A program made the position numbers and the translations under genes. A stretch of DNA of 33,033 nucleotides from contig QHOF01000001.1 in NCBI GenBank assembly GCA_003219335.1, forward strand, positions 1,499 through 34,531, given 5' to 3'. This DNA is from Verrucomicrobiota bacterium (GTDB taxonomy: Bacteria > Verrucomicrobiota > Verrucomicrobiia > Chthoniobacterales > UBA10450). Positions 8,926-17,445 of the stretch are shown here, piece by piece (position 1 is the stretch's first letter; every line of letters begins with the position of its first letter). The notes under the pieces were generated by a model that ran no database searches, had not been told where the DNA came from, and worked only from the letters and a program-made list of their open reading frames with translations.

Positions 8926-9123
8926 ATGGGCATATTGGTCGATGGCGTCTGGAAAGATCAATGGTACGGCTCCCGCGTCGAACTGATGGAGGTGATCGCG
9001 ATGGCACGTGACGGGCGAATTCACACTGAAACCGCCGAGTTCCCCTTAGAGCAAGCACTCGAGGTGTATGACAAACTCAAGGCCGGCCAAATCAACGGAC
9101 GGGCTGTGCTGGTCCCGGCATAA
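8926..9123 (+). pseudogene. 65-codon chimeric ORF: GS-hydroquinone-reductase (YqjG-like GST) N-terminus fused in frame to a Zn-alcohol-dehydrogenase C-terminus
   Basis: GGGAGGAGGG RBS. The first 14 aa (MGILVDGVWKDQWY) match the recalled E. coli YqjG start MGQLIDGVWHDTWY. The rest (GSRVELMEVIAMARDGRIHTETAEFPLEQALEVYDKLKAGQINGRAVLVPA) is the typical extreme C-terminus of medium-chain ADHs. Confidence 0.55.
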
Positions 9124-9354
9124 TTGCGAGTGCTACACGTGGAGGGAGTCCCTTAAGGGTCCGAACGGAAAGGCGTCGTTGTTGAAATAACGATGCGGCT
9201 ATTCTCACTGCATCCCCGCGATGCCACAAGCAAAATAAGAACGACGGCTTTATTCAGTTCGTGTATGGCTCACACAAGGAGAGAGAACCCAAGACATTTC
9301 ATCATTTCAACCGTTCATGAGCAGGTTTCCAGGCGCAAGTTCGCTTAGTTCGTC

Positions 9355-9382
9355 TTGACAATTCACGGCAAGGTAATAGAGT
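9355..9382 (+). promoter_or_regulatory. Sigma70-like promoter candidate upstream of the tandem USP gene
   Basis: TTGACA (9355-9360), 16-nt spacer, TAGAGT (9377-9382). It would give a leader of about 185 nt before ATG 9573. Confidence 0.4.
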
Positions 9383-9572
9383 CAAGCGTCATCGCTTAAT
9401 TGCTCCATTGGACATCGCTGAGATCACGTAGGCGCTGCGAAGTCGAAATTCCACCTCGGGTGTTGTTAATATCTTTTAGCCTGTTTTCGCAGGCGCAAAA
9501 TATGAAATGCCGAGAACGATCGGCGGAATAACCGTGACGATCTGACACACCTGGATATCTGTGGAGGGAAGC

Positions 9573-10481
9573 ATGTATACCAGGATCCTGGCTCCGCTGG
9601 ATGGCTCCAAGACCGCGGAAAACGTATTGCCATTCGTTCGCTCGTTTGCGCGGAATTTACAGATTCCCGTCGAATTTTTTGCCGTTGTGGACGTGGTGAA
9701 TATGGCGCGCGACGTTTACGCAGCCGAAAGGTTATTTCTGGATTCATTGGTGGAAGACGAGGCTCGCAGGCTGGGCGAATATTTGAACGACGTTGCCAAG
9801 AATTTTCCCGTCGGCACCGTGCACTGGCGAGTGCAGCCGGGATCGCCGGCCGAGGCCATCATCGATGCGGCGTTAGCGGAAAAGGACGCGCTGATCGCGA
9901 TGGCGACCCACGGACGCTCAGGTCTTAACCGCTGGCTTCTTGGCAGCGTCGCCGAAAAGGTTCTTCGCGGCGCATCGAATCCGCTGCTCCTGGTAAGGGC
10001 CACGGAGAGCGCGCCGCAGTGGAGCATGGCGGCGCTCAAGTCGGTCATCGTTCCGCTGGACGGTTCAGAGACCGCCGAAAGGGTGCTGCCGTCCGCTGGG
10101 GCGTTGGCGAAGAGCCTCGATCTAGAAGTGGTCTTGCTACGCGTTTACGGCATTCCTTACGGCGCCTATTCCCCCGGCGAAGGATTGTACGATGCTATGC
10201 AAATGGAAAAATTCGCGGCCAGCCTCCGGGACGAGGGGAGCGCGTATCTCGAAGAAAAGGCGAAGGCGCTCCGAGGCCGCGGGGTCAAAAAGGTCTCGAC
10301 CATTGTCAAGGAGGGTCTTGACGCCGATGAGATCATTTCGTTGGCTCGCCAGACTCCCGACAATCTGATCGCCATGTGCACCCACGGGCGCTCCGGCGTG
10401 AAGCGCTGGGCATTGGGCAGCGTAACCGAAACCGTGGTGCGCCACTCCGGCGATCCGGTGTTAATCGTGCGCACCGCCTAA
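9573..10481 (+). CDS. Tandem universal stress protein (UspA family, 2 domains)
   Basis: ATG 9573 follows GGAGGGA; the track ORF starts at GTG 9561. Domain 1: RILAPLDGSKTAE...ATHGRSGLNRWLLGSVAEKVLRGASNPLLLV. Domain 2: VIVPLDGSETAE...CTHGRSGVKRWALGSVTETVVRHSGDPVLIV. Confidence 0.9.
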   Translation: MYTRILAPLDGSKTAENVLPFVRSFARNLQIPVEFFAVVDVVNMARDVYAAERLFLDSLVEDEARRLGEYLNDVAKNFPVGTVHWRVQPGSPAEAIIDAALAEKDALIAMATHGRSGLNRWLLGSVAEKVLRGASNPLLLVRATESAPQWSMAALKSVIVPLDGSETAERVLPSAGALAKSLDLEVVLLRVYGIPYGAYSPGEGLYDAMQMEKFAASLRDEGSAYLEEKAKALRGRGVKKVSTIVKEGLDADEIISLARQTPDNLIAMCTHGRSGVKRWALGSVTETVVRHSGDPVLIVRTA

Positions 10482-10589
10482 TTCGTCGGCTGACGAGGTC
10501 GTTCTCGCGTCTTGCACACGACCCAGTACCTTTCAAGCGGAGCTTTCAGCTTGCTGCCGTTATTGGCCGGGCAGTAATTAGGAGTGAGT

Positions 10590-12053
10590 TTAGAGAAGCG
10601 GTGATAACAGCCTTGCAACTGAATCCCGGAACCGGATCGCCGTGCCGCGCTTCCGGTAAGCCGCCGGGTCGAATTCGCTGCAGTATTCAAGGTCTCGCTC
10701 GAAATCGGTTTCAACTTCTTTGGCGATCCGCTCGCTGTAGAACACTGCGTTGAGCTCGTAGTTGATACTGAAGCTACGAATGTCGATATTCGCCGAGCCG
10801 ATCGAGCAAATATCAGAGTCGATGCTGATCGTCTTAGCATGCAGATAGCCCTTTTCGTACAGGAACACACGCACGCCGGCCGTCACGATCTCCTCGATAT
10901 AAGTGTTCCCTGCCCAATCGGGGAGTGTGTTGCCCGACGGGCGCGCGCTCACCATCACCTTGACGTTGACACCCGAGAGCGCCGCTGTTCTCAGAGCTTC
11001 GGCAAGGGTCGCGTCGGGAATGAAAAACGGTGATTGGAGATAAACATGTCGCTGTGCCGAAACAATCATGAAGGCGTAAAGCTGTCTAATCGCAGCCCAC
11101 TGCGAATCGGGACCCGACGTCAGGATCTGCACCGGAACGTCACCTTCCGCAGGGTCCGTTGCGTTAGCGGGAAAGTACTTGGCGTAAAATAGGTTCTCCC
11201 GGACGGCATTGTACCAGTCGACCATAAACACCGACTGTAGAACGGCTGCGCTTTCTCCCACAAGCCGGACCTGGGTGTCCCGCCAGGAGTCAAATCCTTC
11301 GCCACCATCGAGGTGCTCCTGTCCGATATTCATACCGCCGGTGTAACCGATGCGGCCGTCGATCACGGTGATCTTCCGATGATTGCGATAGCTGATCGTA
11401 TGCAGTTGGAAGGGCGGTGATGTGGGTGCCATTCGGATCCCCGCCGCGAGCATGTCTTTGACATAGCGGCGGCCCACATGCGCTTGGGATCCTATCGGAT
11501 CATAGAGCAGCCGGACTTCGATCCCTGCCTTGGCCTTCTCGGTCAAGATCTGCTTCAACCCGTCAGTGAATGGGTCCACCGCCCAGATGAAGTACTGGAG
11601 GTGGATCGAATGCTGTGCAGTCTCGATATCCTGGATCAGGCTTGGATAAAACTTGGCTGCGTCCTGTTGTATCTCTACGTGGTTGCGCGTTGTCAGTGCC
11701 GACAGAGAGTTCCGCCGCACCAGCATCGCGAGCTTTTTTCGGCCAATGCTTTGACTTTCCAACTGCGCCAGCTCCGCGTCCTGGCGGGAGAAAATGGGCG
11801 ACAGCAAAGGCAAAGCATTCGCTTCGAGATCTTGCATCCACAGCCTGCGACGTTTGCTGAAAGCCTTACTGTCTCTGCCAAAGAAGAGATAGATCAGCAG
11901 CCCGACTCCAGGGGCGAAGAAGAGAACCAGCATCCACGCCAAAGTCGATTGAGGTCTTCGGTTTTCCATCAGTAGGAATACGCCGGTTACCAGGGCATAA
12001 AGAAACAGCAGCGTCCACAGGATCGTAAAGATATGGCTCATGAGGAACTGCAT
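10590..12053 (-). CDS. cls: Cardiolipin synthase (two PLD/HKD domains, two N-terminal TM helices)
   Basis: HRKITVIDGRIGYTGGMNIG and HAKTISIDSDICSIGSANID are the two HKD motifs. The N-terminus MQFLMSHIFTILWTLLFLYALVTGVFLLMENRRPQSTLAWMLVLFFAPGVGLLIYLFFG aligns with the ClsA start. ATG 12053 is preferred over the track start 12170, which reads through the NhaA remnant. Confidence 0.85.
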   Translation of the reverse strand: MQFLMSHIFTILWTLLFLYALVTGVFLLMENRRPQSTLAWMLVLFFAPGVGLLIYLFFGRDSKAFSKRRRLWMQDLEANALPLLSPIFSRQDAELAQLESQSIGRKKLAMLVRRNSLSALTTRNHVEIQQDAAKFYPSLIQDIETAQHSIHLQYFIWAVDPFTDGLKQILTEKAKAGIEVRLLYDPIGSQAHVGRRYVKDMLAAGIRMAPTSPPFQLHTISYRNHRKITVIDGRIGYTGGMNIGQEHLDGGEGFDSWRDTQVRLVGESAAVLQSVFMVDWYNAVRENLFYAKYFPANATDPAEGDVPVQILTSGPDSQWAAIRQLYAFMIVSAQRHVYLQSPFFIPDATLAEALRTAALSGVNVKVMVSARPSGNTLPDWAGNTYIEEIVTAGVRVFLYEKGYLHAKTISIDSDICSIGSANIDIRSFSINYELNAVFYSERIAKEVETDFERDLEYCSEFDPAAYRKRGTAIRFRDSVARLLSPLL

Positions 12054-12105
12054 AACTACGTGGCCAAACTCTTGTGCTTCGTTGATGACTCGACTGCTGT
12101 GTCCG

Positions 12106-12358
12106 CTACATCGGTCGTTTATTTTCGCCGGACGCCGACTCTGCGGCGAACCAGAGCATTGAGGTGCCAATTCCGCCCGCGATCAAAGACGCAAGAAAGG
12201 TTCCGATCTTCGCAGCGGCGAAATCCGATTCGTCCGGCAATCTAGAGAGAAATGGTGAAACCGATGCCGGCGAGCGCTCCCGCGCCGAGTAGTTGCCGCC
12301 ACGAATATTCCTCGGACCAGCCGAGCGGCGAGTGGCGAAAGAGGTATAGCTCCCCCAT
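12106..12358 (-). pseudogene. nhaA: NhaA Na+/H+ antiporter C-terminal remnant (frameshifted)
   Basis: Own translation of 12358..12242: MGELYLFRHSPLGWSEEYSWRQLLGAGALAGIGFTISL*, containing the NhaA signature L.GIGFTMSLFI. It continues in another frame as ...DESDFAAAKIGTFLASLIAGGIGTSMLWF...* ending at 12106. Only about the last 80 aa of a roughly 390-aa protein are present. Confidence 0.55.
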
Positions 12359-12749
12359 TACACCACAGCGATGGGGGCATCAGACTACCCAGCATGTGAT
12401 CGAGCCGGCCATTTACCAGCGGATCCAGTCTATATATGTCGCGGCAAAACGCGACGAGTTGTTCGAGAGGTGTGTTCAAAGTTGTTCCGTAGTCTTCAGA
12501 TCGTTCGGAGAACCAGGACCGGAACGCGAGTTTTGGACGACCTTTGCAATGACGCTGCTAAGGACCCACCGATCGATGACCTTCCGTGAGTCGTGGCTAT
12601 CATCTCTCAATGTCAGCGCTGCAGGGTTCCGATATAGTCAGCGATCACTTTGGCCTTTAATAGAGTCGTCAGTTCCTTGTATCTTTCTTTTTCAAGCTCC
12701 TGCTGAAAAACCTCGCCCCAGACCGGCATCTAATGCGTTCTTGCTCACT

Positions 12750-13054
12750 ATCCAAGACGTGGAGGAGCATAGCCTGTGCCAAAACCGGCTCCAGAATTGT
12801 TTAACAATTCTAGATGAAATAGTCGATTTGTTCTTCGCAGCGCTGAAAAAACAAAAAACGCTTTCGTCAAACTTAACAAAAACACATCAACGTTTAGAAA
12901 ACGACGTGGTTTACGTCCTTTGACCGACATAGATCTTGCGCAACCCGAATATCAGGCTGTGTGTTGTCCAATCGACGTCATGACCTTTCTCCTTCAGAAC
13001 CTCAGTCAGAAGCTGACAGAAAGTTTTGTCGTCATCTACAATCAAGATCCGCAT
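12750..13054 (-). pseudogene. Response-regulator receiver domain remnant (stops and frameshifts)
   Basis: GGAGAG RBS, then ATG 13054: MRILIVDDDKTFCQLLTEVLKEKGHDVDWTTHS...* (stop at 12911-12913). Downstream, in other frames, EEQIDYFI and ILEPVLAQAM resemble the GA.DY(L/I).KP / alpha-5 end of a receiver domain. Confidence 0.5.
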
Positions 13055-13349
13055 TTCACGCAGACTCTCCAATAGAACCGGCCTGGATCATGAGTGGGCC
13101 TTATGATGGCGCTGTTTCACCGGCGGAGCATCGGAATCTTTCCAATCCTGATAGGCAGCTAAGAGGAATACAACGCTCCCGCCAAATGACCACAGTAACG
13201 TTGTAGTAGCTATACAAGAAAGGGTTGACAAGCGTGAGAAACCCAAGCACCGTGACAATCCAATCGTCAAGGCACGTGAGGACTGCGCAATACTACTTAC
13301 GTTTGCGATGCCCTGAGCATCCCAACGAATATCTGTGAGAGGGAATAAC

Positions 13350-14324
13350 TCAGCTAGCTGTTCCTCCCGACTTTATTGGGGGACAGCTCAAATATCCCGT
13401 TTCGTTGAGGCGGTACAGCAGCATGTGAAAGTAAGTAAGTCCGGCGTAAGGTTTCCATTTGGCGAGCACCCGGCGCGTACCGTTGTAATCCAGGGGCTTC
13501 CTGAGGCCAAGCCATTGTTGTAAAGTATTCCGCGCGCCCACGTCGTCGCCAGGAAAAATATGCAGCCGGTCTAGGCCCCGTAGTAAAACGTATTCAGCCG
13601 TCCAGCGCCCCATGTTATGGAGTCCTTGTAGTTGCTCGACGGCCGACTCATCATCCAGAGAAGCTAAGCCGTCCCTATCTAGGTTGTCTGTGACAATAGC
13701 GCGACTCAGTTCGATTATTGCTCCCGCCTTTTGTCGACTAAATCCGAGGCCCCGCAATAGCTTCGGCTTGAGTGCGGCGAGGTCTTCTGGCCTGGGGAAG
13801 GCGCGGGCGCCGATTCCTGCCTGGTTGAAAGATACGCCGAAGTTTTCGGAGAGGCGATTGAGCATTTGAATGCCAGAGGCGAGGGTGAATTGTTGACAAG
13901 CAATGCCGTTGACCAAAGCCTCAAACAAGGAGGGAAACTGGGGCGGCTTAAGTCCACGAAAGCGTCGGGCGAGTATCGCGAGCCTTCTATCATTCGCAGC
14001 ATACCGATAGAAGCCCTTGAGATCTACTTGCAAGCCCAACATCCGGTTTAATGTCTCGGTTACACCTGACTTCACTTCGGGCCCGAATGGTACACCAGTC
14101 ACGGTGGCCTGAAGTCGTGGCGCAGTCATTGAGCCTATCTGTGTAACGGCAATTTCCACAGGCTTGCCGTTCAGCATCAGCGCTCTGCGAAATGTTTTCC
14201 CGTCCCATCGATCCATTTTGTTCTCTGGCCAGCGGCGCAGCGCCCAGACCGTGAGATCAAGCCGGAACGGTGGAACCACTTTGAGCGGGAAACGGGGCTC
14301 CCCTTCTGCTTGGGTTGGTCTCAT
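13350..14324 (-). CDS. DNA-3-methyladenine glycosylase II-like (AlkA-type HhH-GPD) protein
   Basis: 324-aa ORF with an AlkA-like N-terminal domain. HhH-GPD region: LRGLGFSRQKAGAIIELSRAI...LQGLHNMGRWTAEYVLLRGLDRLHIFPGDDVGARN (the catalytic Asp context resembles AlkA WTANY...PDD). Confidence 0.75.
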   Translation of the reverse strand: MRPTQAEGEPRFPLKVVPPFRLDLTVWALRRWPENKMDRWDGKTFRRALMLNGKPVEIAVTQIGSMTAPRLQATVTGVPFGPEVKSGVTETLNRMLGLQVDLKGFYRYAANDRRLAILARRFRGLKPPQFPSLFEALVNGIACQQFTLASGIQMLNRLSENFGVSFNQAGIGARAFPRPEDLAALKPKLLRGLGFSRQKAGAIIELSRAIVTDNLDRDGLASLDDESAVEQLQGLHNMGRWTAEYVLLRGLDRLHIFPGDDVGARNTLQQWLGLRKPLDYNGTRRVLAKWKPYAGLTYFHMLLYRLNETGYLSCPPIKSGGTAS

Positions 14325-14333
14325 AACGCTGCA

Positions 14334-15323
14334 TTAACGAGTGCCGAGCTCGATTTTTTCTCTAACGGTAGCCAAGGTTTTCTCTGCAATAGACCGAACC
14401 TTGGAAGCTCCCTCGGCAAGTACCGAATCAACGTAGTTAGCTTCAGCGATTAAGGCGCGATACCGGGACTGCAGAGGCTGTAGACTTTCGATAATGACTT
14501 CTGCTAGTTCTCGCTTGAACTCTGCGTAGCCTTTTCCTTCAAAACGCGCTTCTATTTCCGATGTGCTGAGTCCGGTGAAAAGTTGGTAGATCGTCAGCAG
14601 GTTGTAGATTCCGGGTCGGCTCGCATCGAAACGAATCTCACGCCGGGAATCCGTCACTGCGCTCATGATTTTCCAGCGAATCTCATCCGAAGAATCAAGC
14701 AAGTGAATTGCATGGGCAGAACGTATTTCACTTTTACTCATTTTTTTAGTCGGATCGTTTAACGCCATGATGCGTGCCCCTAATTTCGGGATGGATGGTT
14801 CCGGCAGCGTAAACGTCTGTCCATAGAACGAATTGAATCGCCGCGCCACGTCACGGGTCAGTTCCAAATGTTGCTTCTGATCCTCACCAACCGGAACGAG
14901 ATCGGTTTGGTATAACAGAATGTCGGCGGCCATCAGCGCAGGGTAAATAAAAAGGCCGACCGGAACCGATTCCTTTTGCTTTTGCGATTTTTCCTTAAAC
15001 TGAGTCATCCGCTGCATCCACCCCATCGGGATGAAACAGCTTAAGATCCAGGCGAGTTCGGCATGAGCGCTGATATGCGACTGAACAAAGACTGCCGATT
15101 GTTTGAGATCTACGCCGGAAGCAAGTAGGAGAGCTGCGATCTCGCGGGTCTTGGCCTTTAGAGTCTCAGGTTCTTGTGGAATGCTGATAGCATGCAAGTC
15201 GACAATGCAAAAGATGTTTTCGAATTCCGCCTGCGTTGCTACCCAATGTCGTATCGCACCCAGATAGTTTCCAATGTAGATGCTGCCTGTTGGTTGGATA
15301 CCAGAAAATACTCGCTTCTTCAT
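14334..15323 (-). CDS. trpS: Tryptophan--tRNA ligase
   Basis: 329 aa. Motifs: FSGIQPTGSIYIGNYLGAI (class I HIGH-equivalent region), YPALMAADILLY, GEDQKQHLELTRD, KMSKS. Confidence 0.92.
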   Translation of the reverse strand: MKKRVFSGIQPTGSIYIGNYLGAIRHWVATQAEFENIFCIVDLHAISIPQEPETLKAKTREIAALLLASGVDLKQSAVFVQSHISAHAELAWILSCFIPMGWMQRMTQFKEKSQKQKESVPVGLFIYPALMAADILLYQTDLVPVGEDQKQHLELTRDVARRFNSFYGQTFTLPEPSIPKLGARIMALNDPTKKMSKSEIRSAHAIHLLDSSDEIRWKIMSAVTDSRREIRFDASRPGIYNLLTIYQLFTGLSTSEIEARFEGKGYAEFKRELAEVIIESLQPLQSRYRALIAEANYVDSVLAEGASKVRSIAEKTLATVREKIELGTR

Positions 15324-15351
15324 CCTTTTTGGAAATCTCTTCAGGCCACTC

Positions 15352-15582
15352 TCATACGGGCTTCAGCGCCTGTTCGAACAAACGTCGCGTCTCGTCCGGA
15401 CAGCCCTCGCCATAACAAGGCAATGTGTCTACCCCGACTATTTGCGGTCTTTCATGACAGGAAAGACGATGGGCAGCCGCAAGCGCGTACCAATCGGCAA
15501 GCATCACTGTTGGCGTCCCATGGACTTTGTAATGTTCCCGCCCCAGCTGCGACTCAAAGCCGCGCCTTTCCGTCAAGCACAA
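15352..15582 (-). CDS. Small hypothetical protein or C-terminal gene remnant (start uncertain: TTG 15582 or ATG 15504)
   Basis: The frame stays open for 100 codons (track ORF 15352..15654) and overlaps the 3' end of the upstream gene. HYKVHGTPTVML is reminiscent of the G(T/V)PT motif of DsbA-like thioredoxin-fold C-termini. PCYGEGCP is a Cys pair. No family recognised. Confidence 0.25.
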   Translation of the reverse strand: MCLTERRGFESQLGREHYKVHGTPTVMLADWYALAAAHRLSCHERPQIVGVDTLPCYGEGCPDETRRLFEQALKPV

Positions 15583-15589
15583 GAGAACT

Positions 15590-17191
15590 TCAGATATTGG
15601 CAAGCTCGCCGAAATATTCCTGATCCTCGTTATATCCTCCTTCGCCTTGGCCAATGGACTCGACGCTTTCTACGAATTCGATTGACCGAATCCACTTGAC
15701 CATCTTGAAGCCAAGTTGGTTCTCAACTCTGAGCCGCAAGGGCGCGCCATGCAGGTCACCGAGCGGCTTAAAATTCATCTCGTAGGCGAGCAAGCTTTGC
15801 GGGTGCCGGAGATTCGCAATCGAGTGACTGTCGTAGTATTGGCCTCCCTCCAGTCCTTCTCCGAAGGAATAGAAAACAACGATCCGCGCATTCGGCTTTG
15901 GTCGGACCAGACGCATTAACTCACTCGTCGGCAACCCGCCCCACTCGGCGATGCCCGACCAACCCTGGATACAATGGTGTAGCGTGGTCTGCCTCTTCAC
16001 GCCCATCGCTTTGAGATCATCTAACGAAAGTTCAGCGGGGTTTTCGACCAGGCCGTTTACTTTCAGCCGATAATCCTTGAAATTTTCCGCAGCCAACGTC
16101 TTCCACTCTTTAGAGGTGGGTACCTTACCGTTGGGCCAGAGAAAAGGAGAGATCTCCCGGCGGTCGAACTCGGCGGATGGTGCCGCGTTATTGAGAAGGA
16201 ACTCCATCGCCGGCGTGACAACGGCCTTCGCGAGATGCTGGACGGCTCTGGGACGTCTCCAGGCCAACCAGTTAGCGAAGACATTCACAACTATGATGAT
16301 GCCGATCCCCAGGAGACCCAGAAACAAACCGAGCCGGCGGGAGTCGTCCGTTCCGAGCACGATGTGGTTCATGTTCCGGACAAAGCCGGTGGCCGACACC
16401 ATGGCTACGTGTACAACGATAAAGAGGACAAAGGCACACATCACGAAGAAATGAAGCGATCGGCCGATTTGCCGGTTGCCCGGCAGCTTCGGATACCATC
16501 TGAAGCGATTCGTCAAGGCTGGCGACATCGACGGGCCGGTGAGAATCGCTAAAGGGGCCAAAACAAAGATAACAGCGAAGTAAGTCAGTTGTTGAAGCGC
16601 ATTATAGCGGTAAAAGCCCAACTCCGGCGGCAAATGAAAAGTTGCATAGTGAACAAAAACAGCCCAGGCGTCAGGCACAACCTGCCACGTGGTGGGCACT
16701 AGGCGTTTCCACTGCTCAGTGCTGAACAACAGGATGACATAGACTAGGCCATTGATCACCCAAAAGAGAACACTAAGAAAATGCCAGTGTCGAGCCATGC
16801 CAACGGTATGCCGGTAACCTGGCAGGCCGATCCACGGAGAAAGGTACCGCGAGTCGTCCTTGGCAGTCCAGACGCGATCTTTCGGCACCTCGAGCGGTGT
16901 GAACCGAAGCCACTCCGTGCCAGGAGTGCAGTGAACATTCCAGTAGAGCCGGGGGTGGTCGACAAAAATTTGCAGGCCACTGCGGATCAGAAGGATGATG
17001 AAAAAGAAATTGATGTAGTGGGTGAAACGAAGCCATGCTGGAAACCCCTGGGGAGCCATAGTTTTGACGAAAGCCTGACGACTCGGCGGCAGTGCGGGGA
17101 GACCAAGCAGTGCCCATTGGATGTAAGCCGCCACGACCAGGAGCACTAAAGGTACAATCACAAGCAGCGGTATAGTGAGTCGGATACGCAT
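15590..17191 (-). CDS. Membrane cytochrome-b561-like domain fused to a sulfite-oxidase-family molybdopterin (MsrP/YedY-like) domain
   Basis: The N-terminal ~330 aa are polytopic with His-containing helices (LRFTHYINFFFIILLIRSGLQIF, ARHWHFLSVLFWVINGLVYVILLF, HFFVMCAFVLFIVVHV). The C-terminus is an Oxidored_molyb pattern: FKDYRLKVNGLVENPAELSLDDLKAMG..QTTLHHCIQGWSGIAEWGGLP...GAPLRLRVENQLGFKMVKWI. Confidence 0.8.
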   Translation of the reverse strand: MRIRLTIPLLVIVPLVLLVVAAYIQWALLGLPALPPSRQAFVKTMAPQGFPAWLRFTHYINFFFIILLIRSGLQIFVDHPRLYWNVHCTPGTEWLRFTPLEVPKDRVWTAKDDSRYLSPWIGLPGYRHTVGMARHWHFLSVLFWVINGLVYVILLFSTEQWKRLVPTTWQVVPDAWAVFVHYATFHLPPELGFYRYNALQQLTYFAVIFVLAPLAILTGPSMSPALTNRFRWYPKLPGNRQIGRSLHFFVMCAFVLFIVVHVAMVSATGFVRNMNHIVLGTDDSRRLGLFLGLLGIGIIIVVNVFANWLAWRRPRAVQHLAKAVVTPAMEFLLNNAAPSAEFDRREISPFLWPNGKVPTSKEWKTLAAENFKDYRLKVNGLVENPAELSLDDLKAMGVKRQTTLHHCIQGWSGIAEWGGLPTSELMRLVRPKPNARIVVFYSFGEGLEGGQYYDSHSIANLRHPQSLLAYEMNFKPLGDLHGAPLRLRVENQLGFKMVKWIRSIEFVESVESIGQGEGGYNEDQEYFGELANI

Positions 17192-17445
17192 AGCTCTCTA
17201 TCTCTCAGCAAAAACCCGTTAGTAGCTTTATCCACGAAACTAGAGCGTCGCTCCCGAGTTTCTTGATTAGAGCGATCAAACCATATCTCCTTTGGTTTTA
17301 TTCATTCTCGGATTCCAAGGCACCTCATCGCAGGTCTTCGAGAAGCTCTTTTAAAGCCATCGCGTTATTGTGTTCTTTGTCTCGCGCGCCGTAAAGTAAA
17401 ATGAGCGGCAGCTGTGATATGTTGCCAGACCGCCTTATCAGGAGC

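Noticed and set aside
8583-9058. ORFs 8583..8828 (+) and 8648..9058 (-)
   Set aside because: They overlap each other and have no RBS or domain signal. Only the last 13 codons of the plus ORF (the Tat-signal-like MKFTRRDILEW) look meaningful, and these are treated as a stub.
9150-9159. Perfect palindrome CCCTTAAGGG (within AGTCCCTTAAGGGTCC), examined as a possible DosR-box-like operator
   Set aside because: The half-sites are in the opposite arrangement to the DosR consensus (GGGAC..GTCCC). It is a single copy in the window and lies about 400 nt from the nearest USP start.
12150-12171. Sigma54-like TGGCAC...TGC upstream of cls
   Set aside because: The GG-to-GC spacing is one nucleotide short of the -24/-12 consensus, and the element lies inside the NhaA remnant coding sequence.
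12252-12923. 223-codon plus-strand ORF
   Set aside because: It runs antisense to recognisable NhaA and response-regulator remnants. It has no RBS, no domain-like motifs and an odd composition, so it is most likely a chance open frame.
13088-13330. Possible SPW-repeat membrane protein fragment (DWIVTVLGFLTLVNPFLYSYYNVTVVIW / GSVVFLLAAYQDW in two frames)
   Set aside because: The defining SPW motif is not preserved (NPF instead), a frameshift is required, and no start could be identified. It is too weak to call beyond one more possible stub.
15447-15493. T-box-like string UUGGUACGCG (15493-15483, mRNA sense) and a 7-bp hairpin (15447-15467) in the 266-nt gap upstream of trpS
   Set aside because: The string lacks one C of the UGGUACCGCG core and lies about 170 nt from the trpS start. 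No U-tract terminator follows, and I could not trace a specifier loop with UGG. The region is also open as a 100-codon ORF. It is worth an Infernal scan, but the sequence does not support a T-box by eye.
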